Assembly (NCBI GenBank): GCA_041082215.1
Contig: JBDOIF010000159.1
Coordinates: forward strand, 1-33,550
Length of the DNA stretch: 33,550 bases
Direction: 5' to 3'
Source: Anaerolineae bacterium
GTDB taxonomy: Bacteria > Chloroflexota > Anaerolineae > B4-G1 > DUEL01
The translations under genes and the position numbers were made by a program. Shown here piece by piece: positions 17,679-25,800 of this stretch (position 1 is the stretch's first letter; each line of letters opens with the position of its first letter). A model generated the notes under the pieces. It did no database searches, was not told the origin of the DNA, and worked only from the letters and a program-made list of their open reading frames with translations.

Positions 17679-19171
17679 GCGCGCTCCGCCTGGCCCTTCT
17701 GCTATTCGCCGTTCTTGCCGCCCTCCTGCTGGGCTGCGTGGCCCGGCCCACAACCTCCCCCCCTCCTCGCGTCTCTCCCTCTCCGCGTCCCCGCGTCTTC
17801 CCTTCCCCCTCCTCCCCTCCCCGCGTCTCTCCCTCCCCCCTTCCCCGCGTCTCCCCTTCCCCGCGTCCCCCCATCTCCCCCTCCCCCACCCCTCAGCAAC
17901 CGGCAACCACCCCCGCCCCCCCACCCATCGCCGTGTGGGAAGGGACAGTGACACTCAACACCTACGGCTGGGAGCAGGCGCTGGTCCCCTCCAGCCCCGA
18001 CGACCCCATCTACCCCTACCCTCGCCTGGACTTCGACGCCGTGGGGCCGCCGGCCCCCCGCACCTACCGGGCTGTCTTCCTGCAGAACCAGTACGTCCAG
18101 CTGGTGGTCCTCCCCGAACTGGGGGGGCGGGTGCTCCGCTGGACCGACCGGACCACCGGTCGGCAGCTATTCTACGCCAACCCGGTGATCAAACCGACCG
18201 GGTGGGGCTACCGGGGATGGTGGCTGGCCACTGGCGGGCTGGAATGGGCCTTCCCCACCGAGGAGCACGGGCTGAACGAATACCGGCCCTGGTCGTATGA
18301 ACTGCTGTGGAACGGGGTCCGGCTCCGGGACACCGACGACCGGGCCGGCCTGCAGGTTGAGGTGACGGTCCGGCTGGAGGCGGGCAGCAACCGGGTGGCA
18401 GTCTCTCCCCACATCGCCAATCCCACCGACCAGCCTCAGCCCTTCCAGTTCTGGGCCAACGGGATGCTGACCCTTTCCGACTTCAACGCTCCGTCATCGG
18501 AGCTGACGTTCGTCCTCCCGACCTCCGAGGTGATCGTCCATTCCACCGGCGACGGCTCCCTTCCCGGTCCGGGTGGTCGGATGGCCTGGCCGGTCTACGG
18601 GGGGCGGGACTTCAGCCGCTACCCCGAATGGCGATCCTGGCTGGGCGTCTTCGCCCCCCAGGCCGCCGACGCGGGCTTCGCCGGGGCCTACGACCTGGGG
18701 ACCGACCAGGGAATCGTCCGCGTGGCCCCTTCGTGGGTGCGGGGGGTAAAGCTCTTCTGCCTGGGCGATCTGGGGTCGGAGCGATGGACCGATGACGGGA
18801 GCCGGTATTTCGAGCTCTGGGGCGGACTGATGCCCACCTTCTGGGATTATGCCACGTTGGGGCCGGGGGAGGAGGTGGGGTGGACCGAGTACTGGTATGC
18901 GGTGAGCGGGATGGGCGGGTACACCTGGGCCAGCGGCGAGGGGGCGGTCCGGCTGACGCCGGTGGGGAGTGGCGTGGAGGTGGCGGTGGAGACGGCGCGC
19001 CCGCTCCGCGCGACGGTCGTCCTGCTCCAGGGGGAGACAGAAGTGAGCCGCTGGCAGGTTGAGACCGGCCCCGGCCAGCCATTTCGCACCCTCTGGGAGT
19101 CCGGCGGCGGCCCGTGGGGGCTGAAGGTGCTGGATTCGGAGGGTTCGTTGCTGATCGGGACCGGTCCCTGA
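17672..19171 (+). CDS. DUF5107-like lipoprotein with a Pro/Ser-rich linker
   Basis: Signal peptide with lipobox LLGC. YPYP..., LQNQYVQLVVLPELGGRV...D..TG...FY.N.VIKP..WG.RGWW..GG.EW.FP..EHG, W.N, Y.E.WGG. Start uncertain: GTG 17672, or ATG 17612 which lies inside a repeat. Confidence 0.72.
   Translation: MSCALRLALLLFAVLAALLLGCVARPTTSPPPRVSPSPRPRVFPSPSSPPRVSPSPLPRVSPSPRPPISPSPTPQQPATTPAPPPIAVWEGTVTLNTYGWEQALVPSSPDDPIYPYPRLDFDAVGPPAPRTYRAVFLQNQYVQLVVLPELGGRVLRWTDRTTGRQLFYANPVIKPTGWGYRGWWLATGGLEWAFPTEEHGLNEYRPWSYELLWNGVRLRDTDDRAGLQVEVTVRLEAGSNRVAVSPHIANPTDQPQPFQFWANGMLTLSDFNAPSSELTFVLPTSEVIVHSTGDGSLPGPGGRMAWPVYGGRDFSRYPEWRSWLGVFAPQAADAGFAGAYDLGTDQGIVRVAPSWVRGVKLFCLGDLGSERWTDDGSRYFELWGGLMPTFWDYATLGPGEEVGWTEYWYAVSGMGGYTWASGEGAVRLTPVGSGVEVAVETARPLRATVVLLQGETEVSRWQVETGPGQPFRTLWESGGGPWGLKVLDSEGSLLIGTGP
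17765..17882 (+). repeat. In-frame 8-nt-periodic array (CCCCGCGT family) encoding PRVSPS repeats
   Basis: CCTCGCGT CTCTCCCT CTCCGCGT CCCCGCGT ... CCCCGCGT CTCCCCTT CCCCGCGT CCCCCCAT CTCCCCCT. Confidence 0.7.
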
Positions 19172-19183
19172 TGACAGTGAAAT

Positions 19184-19256
19184 ACCACAGAGACACAGAA
19201 GGCACAGAGAGGCGCCGGGGAATAGCAGAGACTCCGTGCCCTCTGTGCCTCTGTGG
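19184..19256. repeat. Inverted-repeat cassette, copy 2 (possible bidirectional terminator)
   Basis: ACCACAGAGACACAGAAGGCACAGAG pairs with CTCCGTGCCCTCTGTGCCTCTGTGG, between convergent genes. Confidence 0.78.
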
Positions 19257-19268
19257 CAAGGACTGATT

Positions 19269-20309
19269 TCAGGAAAGCGCCTTCAGCAAGGCCGGCAGCA
19301 CCTCTTTCGGATCTGCCTCAATGCACAGGTCGGCCACCTGGAAGATGGGGGCCGTGGGGTCGGGGTGAATGGCGAGGATGAACTTCGCTCCCTCGATGGC
19401 AGCGTTGTGGAACGTATCCCCGCGGATGCCCACCGCCACATAGACCTTTGGCGCGACGGTCACCTCACGCACATCCACCACCTGCTCAGGGCCGACCCAT
19501 CCGGCATCCCGCGCGCCCCGGTCGCCAGCCACCTGCGCCCCCAGCGCCGCCGCCAGCCGCTTCACCAGCTCGAAGTCGCCCGCCTGCCGCCCGGCGGCCA
19601 CGATCACCGGTGCCCGGGAGAGGGGGACAGCCGGAGGCTCGAACCCCTCTGCCGGCCCCACCTCTCGCATCGCTGGCTCCACAGGCTCCACCTCGACCGG
19701 CTTCGGCTCCCCCTTACGGTAGGGGTCCATAAACGGCGCAGAAAAAGCCCCTGGCTCGACCGTGAAGAACTGGGGGCGGGCCTCCGGGCAGGCCGCGATC
19801 TCGAAGTACTCGCCGCCGTAGATGGGGAAGGCGGCCTGCACCGTCCGGGTGGCCTCGTCCAGACTCATCGCCGTCACGTGCTCGATGAGGCCTCCGCCCA
19901 TCCGCTGGGCCAGCCGGGGGGCCAGCTCCTGCCCCATCCCGGCCGCGCCGAACATCACCACCTCCGGCCGCTCCGCCTCGAAGAGGTCAGCCAGCACCTT
20001 CAGGTAAGGCTCCAGGGCAAACCGGGCCAGCGACGGATGGTCGGCCACGCGCACCCCATCGGCTCCGGCCTGATAGAGGGACTGCGCCAGGTCGGTCACC
20101 CCATCGCCCAGGAGGACCCCATAGACGTAAGCGCCCACCGCGTCGGCGAGGGTGCGGGCCGCTCCGATCGCCTCCAGCGTGACCGGCGCGACGGCCCCAT
20201 CGGCGACGTCGGCCACCACCCAGATACCGCCCCCGCCGCCCTCTGCCTCAGAGACCTCCTCCTGCTGGGCCATCAACAGGTCAAGAAACGATGCATCCAT
20301 ATCGCCCAC
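19269..20309 (-). CDS. etfA: Electron transfer flavoprotein alpha subunit (divergent)
   Basis: IWVVA..., GADGV, G.ELAPRLA, P.YGG, L..A.VIVAAGR, DAGW, VAPKVYVAVGI.G...H, AI..D..APIF..AD. Canonical FAD-binding residues are altered. Confidence 0.85.
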   Translation of the reverse strand: MGDMDASFLDLLMAQQEEVSEAEGGGGGIWVVADVADGAVAPVTLEAIGAARTLADAVGAYVYGVLLGDGVTDLAQSLYQAGADGVRVADHPSLARFALEPYLKVLADLFEAERPEVVMFGAAGMGQELAPRLAQRMGGGLIEHVTAMSLDEATRTVQAAFPIYGGEYFEIAACPEARPQFFTVEPGAFSAPFMDPYRKGEPKPVEVEPVEPAMREVGPAEGFEPPAVPLSRAPVIVAAGRQAGDFELVKRLAAALGAQVAGDRGARDAGWVGPEQVVDVREVTVAPKVYVAVGIRGDTFHNAAIEGAKFILAIHPDPTAPIFQVADLCIEADPKEVLPALLKALS

Positions 20310-20313
20310 CTCC

Positions 20314-21090
20314 TCACAGACGCTCCCGCAGGGCGTTGGCCGCGGCGCGGGCTATCTCCTCCGTCGTGCCGGTGATCCGCGTGCCCAGCTCCCGTTCCGG
20401 TGGGAAATCCTGTCCCCGCCGCTCCAGCAGCGGTTTAAGCGCCTCGCCGCCCACCAGATCGGAGGCCTGCCACACCTCCAGGGCCGACGCGATTTCGCCT
20501 ACCCCTTTGTAGATGTTGATCAGCCGTGCGCCGTCGGGATAGCGGGGTTTGAGCGCGCCAGCCGCCACTGTGACCATTGCCGGCAGATCGGCCTCCAGGG
20601 CCACAAACGTCCCATCCCGCCGGACGATGGCCCGGACCCTGCTGCCGTCCGTTTCGACAGCCCATGCGCCGACAGCCTGCGGCCAGCCCAGCGCTTCTGC
20701 CAGTCGCGGCCCCAACTGCCCCTGACCGGTATCCAGCGTCGTCGCGCCGGTGAGGATCAGGTCCGCCCCACCCAGCCGTTCGACGGCCGCCGCCAGCACC
20801 TTCGTCCACGCCGCGTCATCACAGGCGGCCTGCCCCACGATATGGATCGCCCGATCGGCCCCGGTGGCCAGGGCCAGGCGGAGCACGTCATCGTCGGGGA
20901 GTGGCCCCCGGGGAAGAGCCACAACCTCCGCTCCGATGGCGTCCTTCACCCGCAGCGCCGCCTCCAGCGCGCACCGGTCGGCTGGCTGGAGGATATATTC
21001 CTCCCGGTTGACAAAAACCCGTCCCCGCCGTCGGTTGACCATGATCCCGCGCGGGTCGAGCACCCGTCCTAAAAGCACTATGATCTTCAT
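20314..21090 (-). CDS. etfB: Electron transfer flavoprotein beta subunit (divergent)
   Basis: MKIIVL..V.D, P.D..ALEAAL, ALA.GADRA, DLILTG...D...GQLGP.LAE.LG.P, LPA.VTV, PRYP. Confidence 0.85.
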   Translation of the reverse strand: MKIIVLLGRVLDPRGIMVNRRRGRVFVNREEYILQPADRCALEAALRVKDAIGAEVVALPRGPLPDDDVLRLALATGADRAIHIVGQAACDDAAWTKVLAAAVERLGGADLILTGATTLDTGQGQLGPRLAEALGWPQAVGAWAVETDGSRVRAIVRRDGTFVALEADLPAMVTVAAGALKPRYPDGARLINIYKGVGEIASALEVWQASDLVGGEALKPLLERRGQDFPPERELGTRITGTTEEIARAAANALRERL

Positions 21091-21111
21091 AGCCCCACTC
21101 CACTCGCACTT

Positions 21112-21161
21112 TGGTTACTGGTTGCTGGTTGCGCGAGCAACGAGCTACAAGCAACGAGTAA
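21112..21161 (-). repeat. 7-nt periodic fold-back array (TTGCTCG)n / (CAACCAG)n
   Basis: mRNA sense after the TAG stop: TTACTCG TTGCTTG TAGCTCG TTGCTCG CG CAACCAG CAACCAG TAACCA. Confidence 0.8.
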
Positions 21162-22328
21162 CTAGGGTCGAATCCGCACGCCGTACTCCTGGAAGATATT
21201 GCTGGCGATGACGATCCGCTGAACCTCATTGGTGCCCTCGAAGATCTCGTTGATGCGCGCGTCCCGGAACGCCTGCTCGACCGGGAAATCCCGGGTGAGG
21301 CCCAGTCCGCCGTGGATCTGAATGGTCATATCCACAGCGCGGGAGAGGACCTCTGAGCCATACAGCTTGCACATCGCCGCCAGTTGGGTGAAGGGCTGTC
21401 CGGTGTCCACCAGCCAGGCCACCCGATAGACCAGACTGCGGAGCGCCTCGATCTCCGTAGCCATGTTGGCGATCATCCACTGGACCGACTGCTTATGGGC
21501 CAGCTCCTCGCCGAACTGTCGGCGCGTTTTGGCCCAGCGGACACACGCCTCCAGCATCGTCTGTGCGCCGCCCAGGCAGGCCGCGCCCAGCGTCAGCCGC
21601 CCCATATCCAGCGACTTCATAAAGGTGACGAACCCCTCACCCACCTTGCCCAGGACGTTTTCATGGGGCACCCGAAGCTCCTCGAAGACCAGCTCCGCCG
21701 TGCTGCTCCCGCGGATCCCCATCTTGTCCTCTTCGCGGGCGACCTTGAAGCCATCCCACTGGGTCTCGACGATGAACGCGGTAATGCCGCCCCGCGGGCC
21801 AAGGACCGGGTCGGTCACCGCCAGCACGGTGACGATGTCGGCGTAGCCGCCGTTGGTGATGAAGACCTTCCCGCCGTCCAGAATCCAGGAATCCCCTTCC
21901 CGCACGGCACGGGTGCGGATGGCGGCGGCGTCGGACCCCGCGTTCGACTCGGTGAGGCCGAAGGCGGCGATCTTCTGCCCACGGGAAAGGGGGGTCAGGT
22001 ACTTCCGCTTCTGCTCCTCATTCCCGTCCAGGTAGATCGCCATCGCGCCAATGCCGATATGAGCGCCGACGTTGACCGCCGTGTTGGCGCAGACCCGTCC
22101 CAGCTCCTCCATCAGAATACAGTATCCGGTCTCGCCGGCCCCCATCCCGCCATACTCCTGCGGGAAGCAGACCCCCAGCAGTCCGATCTCCCCCAGCTTG
22201 CGCATCGTCTCATAGGGGACCTTGTGCTCCCGGTCCAGTTCCGCCGCCAGCGGGACCACCTCGCTTTCAACGAACTCCCGGATCAACCGGCGCAGCGCCC
22301 TGTGTTCAGGTGAGAACGTAAAATCCAT
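21162..22328 (-). CDS. Acyl-CoA dehydrogenase (short/branched-chain, butyryl-CoA dehydrogenase-like), catalytic
   Basis: Start MDFTFS (ATG 22328, RBS AAGGAGG). AFGLTE.NAGSDA, G.K.FITNG, KMGIRGS.T, LD.GR, R.QFG, QIHGG.G, IFEGTNE with catalytic Glu. Confidence 0.92.
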   Translation of the reverse strand: MDFTFSPEHRALRRLIREFVESEVVPLAAELDREHKVPYETMRKLGEIGLLGVCFPQEYGGMGAGETGYCILMEELGRVCANTAVNVGAHIGIGAMAIYLDGNEEQKRKYLTPLSRGQKIAAFGLTESNAGSDAAAIRTRAVREGDSWILDGGKVFITNGGYADIVTVLAVTDPVLGPRGGITAFIVETQWDGFKVAREEDKMGIRGSSTAELVFEELRVPHENVLGKVGEGFVTFMKSLDMGRLTLGAACLGGAQTMLEACVRWAKTRRQFGEELAHKQSVQWMIANMATEIEALRSLVYRVAWLVDTGQPFTQLAAMCKLYGSEVLSRAVDMTIQIHGGLGLTRDFPVEQAFRDARINEIFEGTNEVQRIVIASNIFQEYGVRIRP

Positions 22329-22395
22329 TCCCCTACCTCCTTTTTCGCCGCCGAGAGTACCCCTCGCGGCGCCCTCCGCGATCCACCGACAGCCG

Positions 22396-23544
22396 CTACA
22401 GCGTGATCTCCAGGTCGTGCCCGGCGAAAATCCGCTGGGCGACCCGGACGGCGTGGAGCTCCGTCGGCCCGCCGATAATGCCCAGCATCCGGGCATCCCG
22501 GTACTTCCGGGCCATCGGGTAGTCCTCCATAAATCCGTATCCGCCCATGACCTGGAGCATCCGATTGGTCACGCTGCGGGCGACCCGAGCGCCGAAGACC
22601 TTAAGCGCCGAAGCCTCGGTGGAAAAGTCCCCGCCCTGGTCGGCCAGCCAGGCCGTGCGGTAGACCAGGTAGCGGAGCGCTTCGACCTCGATGTAGGCAC
22701 CGGCAACGTATTCCTGAATGGCCTGCTTCCTGGCGATGGGGACGCCGAACTGGACCCGCTCTGTGGCGAACCGGGAGGCCACCTCCACCGCGTCGGCGGC
22801 GACCCCCAGCCCGGTAGCAGCCAGAGCGATGGCGAAGCGGTCCAGCGCCCTCTGAGCGATGGCCCATCCCTCCCCCGCTCCGCCGAGCCGATTGGCCTGC
22901 GGCACCCGACAGCCCTCCAGGTAGATGGTGTTGAAAGAGAGGCTGCGCAGGCCCAGTGTGGGTTCCCGATAGCCGACGGTCAGGCCGGGAGCGTCGGCGG
23001 GGACGAGGTAGGCCTCGATCCCCTCCGGCCCTCGCGCGAAGGTGAGGAAAAGCCCGGCGATCTGGCCGTTGCCCACCCAGGTCTTCACTCCATCCAGCAC
23101 CACCGCCTCGCCGTCGGGGGTGGCCCGGGTCGTCAGGGCCTGCCCGTCGCTTCCCGCATCCGGTTCGGTGAGAGCGAAAGCGCCGATCACCTCACCGGCA
23201 GCCATCGGTGAAAGCCACTCCTCCTTCTGTGCTTCCGTCCCATACTCCAGGATGGGCATGGCCGCCAGGCTGACATGGGTCGCCACACCCACGGCGACGG
23301 AAGCGCAGGCGCCGGCAAGGGCCTCCAGGAGCATCGCATAACTGACCCCATCCAGCTCCGCGCCGAAGTACTTTTCGGGGAGCGTGGCACCAAGGAACCC
23401 CTGTTCGGCCGCCTTACGCAGAATATCGGCCGGCAGGGCTTCCTGATGGTCCATCTCCTCAGCCCGGGGGGCGACCTCCTTGGCGGCGAAATCCCGGAAC
23501 ATGTTGCGGAACATTCGCTGTTCTTCGTTCAGGGCGAACTCCAT
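22396..23544 (-). CDS. Acyl-CoA dehydrogenase family protein lacking the canonical catalytic Glu
   Basis: GAFALTEPDAGSD, G.KTWV.N, LGLRS, RVQFG..I...QAIQ, QVMGGYG. The C-terminal motif reads IIGGPTE instead of I(Y/F)EGT.E. Confidence 0.88.
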   Translation of the reverse strand: MEFALNEEQRMFRNMFRDFAAKEVAPRAEEMDHQEALPADILRKAAEQGFLGATLPEKYFGAELDGVSYAMLLEALAGACASVAVGVATHVSLAAMPILEYGTEAQKEEWLSPMAAGEVIGAFALTEPDAGSDGQALTTRATPDGEAVVLDGVKTWVGNGQIAGLFLTFARGPEGIEAYLVPADAPGLTVGYREPTLGLRSLSFNTIYLEGCRVPQANRLGGAGEGWAIAQRALDRFAIALAATGLGVAADAVEVASRFATERVQFGVPIARKQAIQEYVAGAYIEVEALRYLVYRTAWLADQGGDFSTEASALKVFGARVARSVTNRMLQVMGGYGFMEDYPMARKYRDARMLGIIGGPTELHAVRVAQRIFAGHDLEITL

Positions 23545-23563
23545 ACCCCACCTCCCTGTGCGG

Positions 23564-23648
23564 GGTTACAGGAAGCAGGCCGCACGTCGCAGGGTCAAAC
23601 GTGGCCCCGGGCAGCGGCCCTGTGATCTGCTCCGTGCGACCTGCGACT
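23564..23648. repeat. Degenerate 7-nt inverted arrays (GGTCGCA)n / (TGCGACC)n
   Basis: GGTTACA GGAAGCA GGCCGCA CGTCGCA ... TGTGATC TGCTCCG TGCGACC TGCGACT. Confidence 0.5.
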
Positions 23649-23659
23649 TACCCCTTGCT

Positions 23660-24460
23660 TTACCGGTCCTTAAACTGCGGCTGTCGCTTTTCGAGGAAAG
23701 CGTTGATCCCTTCGCGGATGTCCTCCGTATCGGCCAGGGCCACGAACTGCTCCGCCTCGATCATGAGCCCCTCTTCGGTCGTGGTCTCCAGGCCCTGGGT
23801 GATCGCCCGCAGCGCTGCGGCGATGGGGAACTTGGACTTGGTGGCGATCTTGCGGGCCAGGTCGCGGGCCTCTTTCAGGACAGCGCCGGCAGGGACCACT
23901 TTGTTGACCAGTCCGATGCGGTAGGCCTCCTGGGCAGTGATCATATCGCCGGTGAGGATCAGCTCGATCGCCTTCCCCTTATCGGTGAGGCGGGCCAGCC
24001 GCTGAGTGCCGCCCCAGCCGGGGATGATCCCCAGGTTGATCTCCGGCTGGCCGAGGCGTGCGCGGTCGGAGCAGATCCGGATATGACAGGCCATCGCCAG
24101 CTCCAGCCCGCCGCCCAGGCAGAAGCCGTTGATCGCAGCGATGATCGGCTTGGTGGCGCGCTCGATTTTCAGGAAGAGTTGTTGCCCTCGCTGCAGGAAC
24201 TCAGCCGACGCGGCATGCCCCTCCCCGGGCGCGTCCAGCAGCGACTTGATCTCCGGGATGTCCGCCCCGGCGACAAAAGCGTTGGTCCCGCCGCCGGTTA
24301 TGACGATCGCCTTGACCTTGTCGTCGGCCAGCAACTGGTCAATGGCCTCGCCCAGTTCGGTCACCACCTGCCTGTTGAAAGAGTTGACCGGGGGGTGGTC
24401 AATCGTCACCACCGCCACCTGCTCTTCCACCTGCGTTCGGATATATTGCCATTCAGCCAT
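23660..24460 (-). CDS. Enoyl-CoA hydratase (crotonase family)
   Basis: AFVAGADI, KPIIAAINGFCLGGGLELAMACH.R, GQPEINLGIIPGWGGTQRL, EG..AFLEKR.P.F. Confidence 0.93.
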   Translation of the reverse strand: MAEWQYIRTQVEEQVAVVTIDHPPVNSFNRQVVTELGEAIDQLLADDKVKAIVITGGGTNAFVAGADIPEIKSLLDAPGEGHAASAEFLQRGQQLFLKIERATKPIIAAINGFCLGGGLELAMACHIRICSDRARLGQPEINLGIIPGWGGTQRLARLTDKGKAIELILTGDMITAQEAYRIGLVNKVVPAGAVLKEARDLARKIATKSKFPIAAALRAITQGLETTTEEGLMIEAEQFVALADTEDIREGINAFLEKRQPQFKDR

Positions 24461-24476
24461 CTTTTCCTCCTAACCG

Positions 24477-24501
24477 CTGGTTGCTGGTTGCGCGAGCAAC
24501 G
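24477..24501. repeat. 25-nt exact copy of 21118-21142
   Basis: CTGGTTGCTGGTTGCGCGAGCAACG occurs at both sites. Confidence 0.85.
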
Positions 24502-24504
24502 GGA

Positions 24505-25728
24505 CTACGCATACTCGTGGAATCCCTTTCCTGTCTTCACCCCCAGGTGGCCGGCGCGGACGCGCAGCTTGAGCGGGCGGGAGGGAAGGAAACGGGGCCC
24601 CAGCGTTCCCGCCAGCTCCTCCAGTTTGGCGGCCACCACATCCAGGCCGATCCTGTCGGCGATCGCCAGAGGGCCGATGCGCTCGCCGCCGTAGGTCATG
24701 CCGCTGCCGGCGACCATGGCCATGTCAATGTCGCTGATGCTGGCGATCTGCTCCTGGACACAGAGGGCGGCCTCGTTGATCAGTGGGTACATCAACCGCT
24801 CCACAGAGAAGGGGGTCCCGACCGGAACAGCGCCCGAGTCCTGGAGCTCCTTGATCATCTTGTGGACGACCTCCGACTCGCCGCCCGGATGGTCGTAGAA
24901 GCCGGCGCCGGTCTTCTCGCCCAGGCGTCCGGCGGCGACCAGCTTCTCAAAGAGACGGGCCGGGCTCATCCGTTCGCCGTACTCGGAGTAAAGGTACGCC
25001 CCGACATGGGCGCAGACGTCCAGGCCCAGCATGTCCATCAGCGTGAAGGGGCCCATCGGCATCCCCCACTCCACCACAGCCCGGTCAATCTCCGTGGCGG
25101 TGGCGGCCCCTTCCTCCAGGGCCTTGGTCGCCTCGTTGAGGTAGGGCATCAGCAGCCGGTTGACCAGGAAACCGGGGCATTCCTGCACCACCACCGGGAT
25201 CTTGCGCAGGCTTTCGGCGAACATCACCACGTCGTCCACCGTCTCCTGGCTGGTGTCCAGCCCCGGGATGACCTCGACCAGCTTCATCACGCTGGCCGGG
25301 TTGAAGAAATGCATGCCGATGACCTTGTGGGGACGCTTTGTTGCAGCGCCCATCTCGGAGATGGAAAGGGCGGAGGTGTTGCTGGCGAAGATCGTCTGCT
25401 CGGGGCAGACCCCGTCCAGCTCGGCGAAGACCCGCTTCTTGATGTCCATACGCTCCGGAACCGCTTCGATGACGATGTCCACATCCTCAAAGCCATCGTA
25501 GGTAAGCGTGGGGGTGATGAGGTCCATCTTGGATTCCAGCTCTCCGGCCGTCATCTTCCCCTTGTCCACCCGGCGCTGATAGATCTCGCGGGCCTTGGCC
25601 ATCCCCCGGTCCAGCATAGTCTGATCAATGTCCTTGAGGACAACGGGCAGGCCGGAGAAACTGATCACCTGGGCGATCTCGCCGCCCATCGTTCCAGCAC
25701 CGACCACGGCTGCTTTGAAGATATACAT
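24505..25728 (-). CDS. 3-hydroxyacyl-CoA dehydrogenase with two C-terminal domains
   Basis: GAGTMG, VIEAVPE...K, ASNTSALSI, GMHFFNP, GFLVNR..EA..MGPF..D..GLD..G.KTG.GFY, then a second ERL..LINEA..GPL..D.IGLD..G.KTG.GF. Confidence 0.92.
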   Translation of the reverse strand: MYIFKAAVVGAGTMGGEIAQVISFSGLPVVLKDIDQTMLDRGMAKAREIYQRRVDKGKMTAGELESKMDLITPTLTYDGFEDVDIVIEAVPERMDIKKRVFAELDGVCPEQTIFASNTSALSISEMGAATKRPHKVIGMHFFNPASVMKLVEVIPGLDTSQETVDDVVMFAESLRKIPVVVQECPGFLVNRLLMPYLNEATKALEEGAATATEIDRAVVEWGMPMGPFTLMDMLGLDVCAHVGAYLYSEYGERMSPARLFEKLVAAGRLGEKTGAGFYDHPGGESEVVHKMIKELQDSGAVPVGTPFSVERLMYPLINEAALCVQEQIASISDIDMAMVAGSGMTYGGERIGPLAIADRIGLDVVAAKLEELAGTLGPRFLPSRPLKLRVRAGHLGVKTGKGFHEYA

Positions 25729-25746
25729 TTTACCTCCTTTTGGTGG

Positions 25747-25800
25747 GTACGGAGTACGGAATACGGAGTACGTACTGCGTATTCCGTATTGCTTATTCCG
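25747..25800. repeat. 7-nt periodic fold-back array (GTACGGA)n / (TATTCCG)n
   Basis: GTACGGA GTACGGA ATACGGA GTACG | TACTGCG TATTCCG TATTGCT TATTCCG, with central palindrome AGTACGTACT. Abuts the thiolase stop. Confidence 0.85.
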
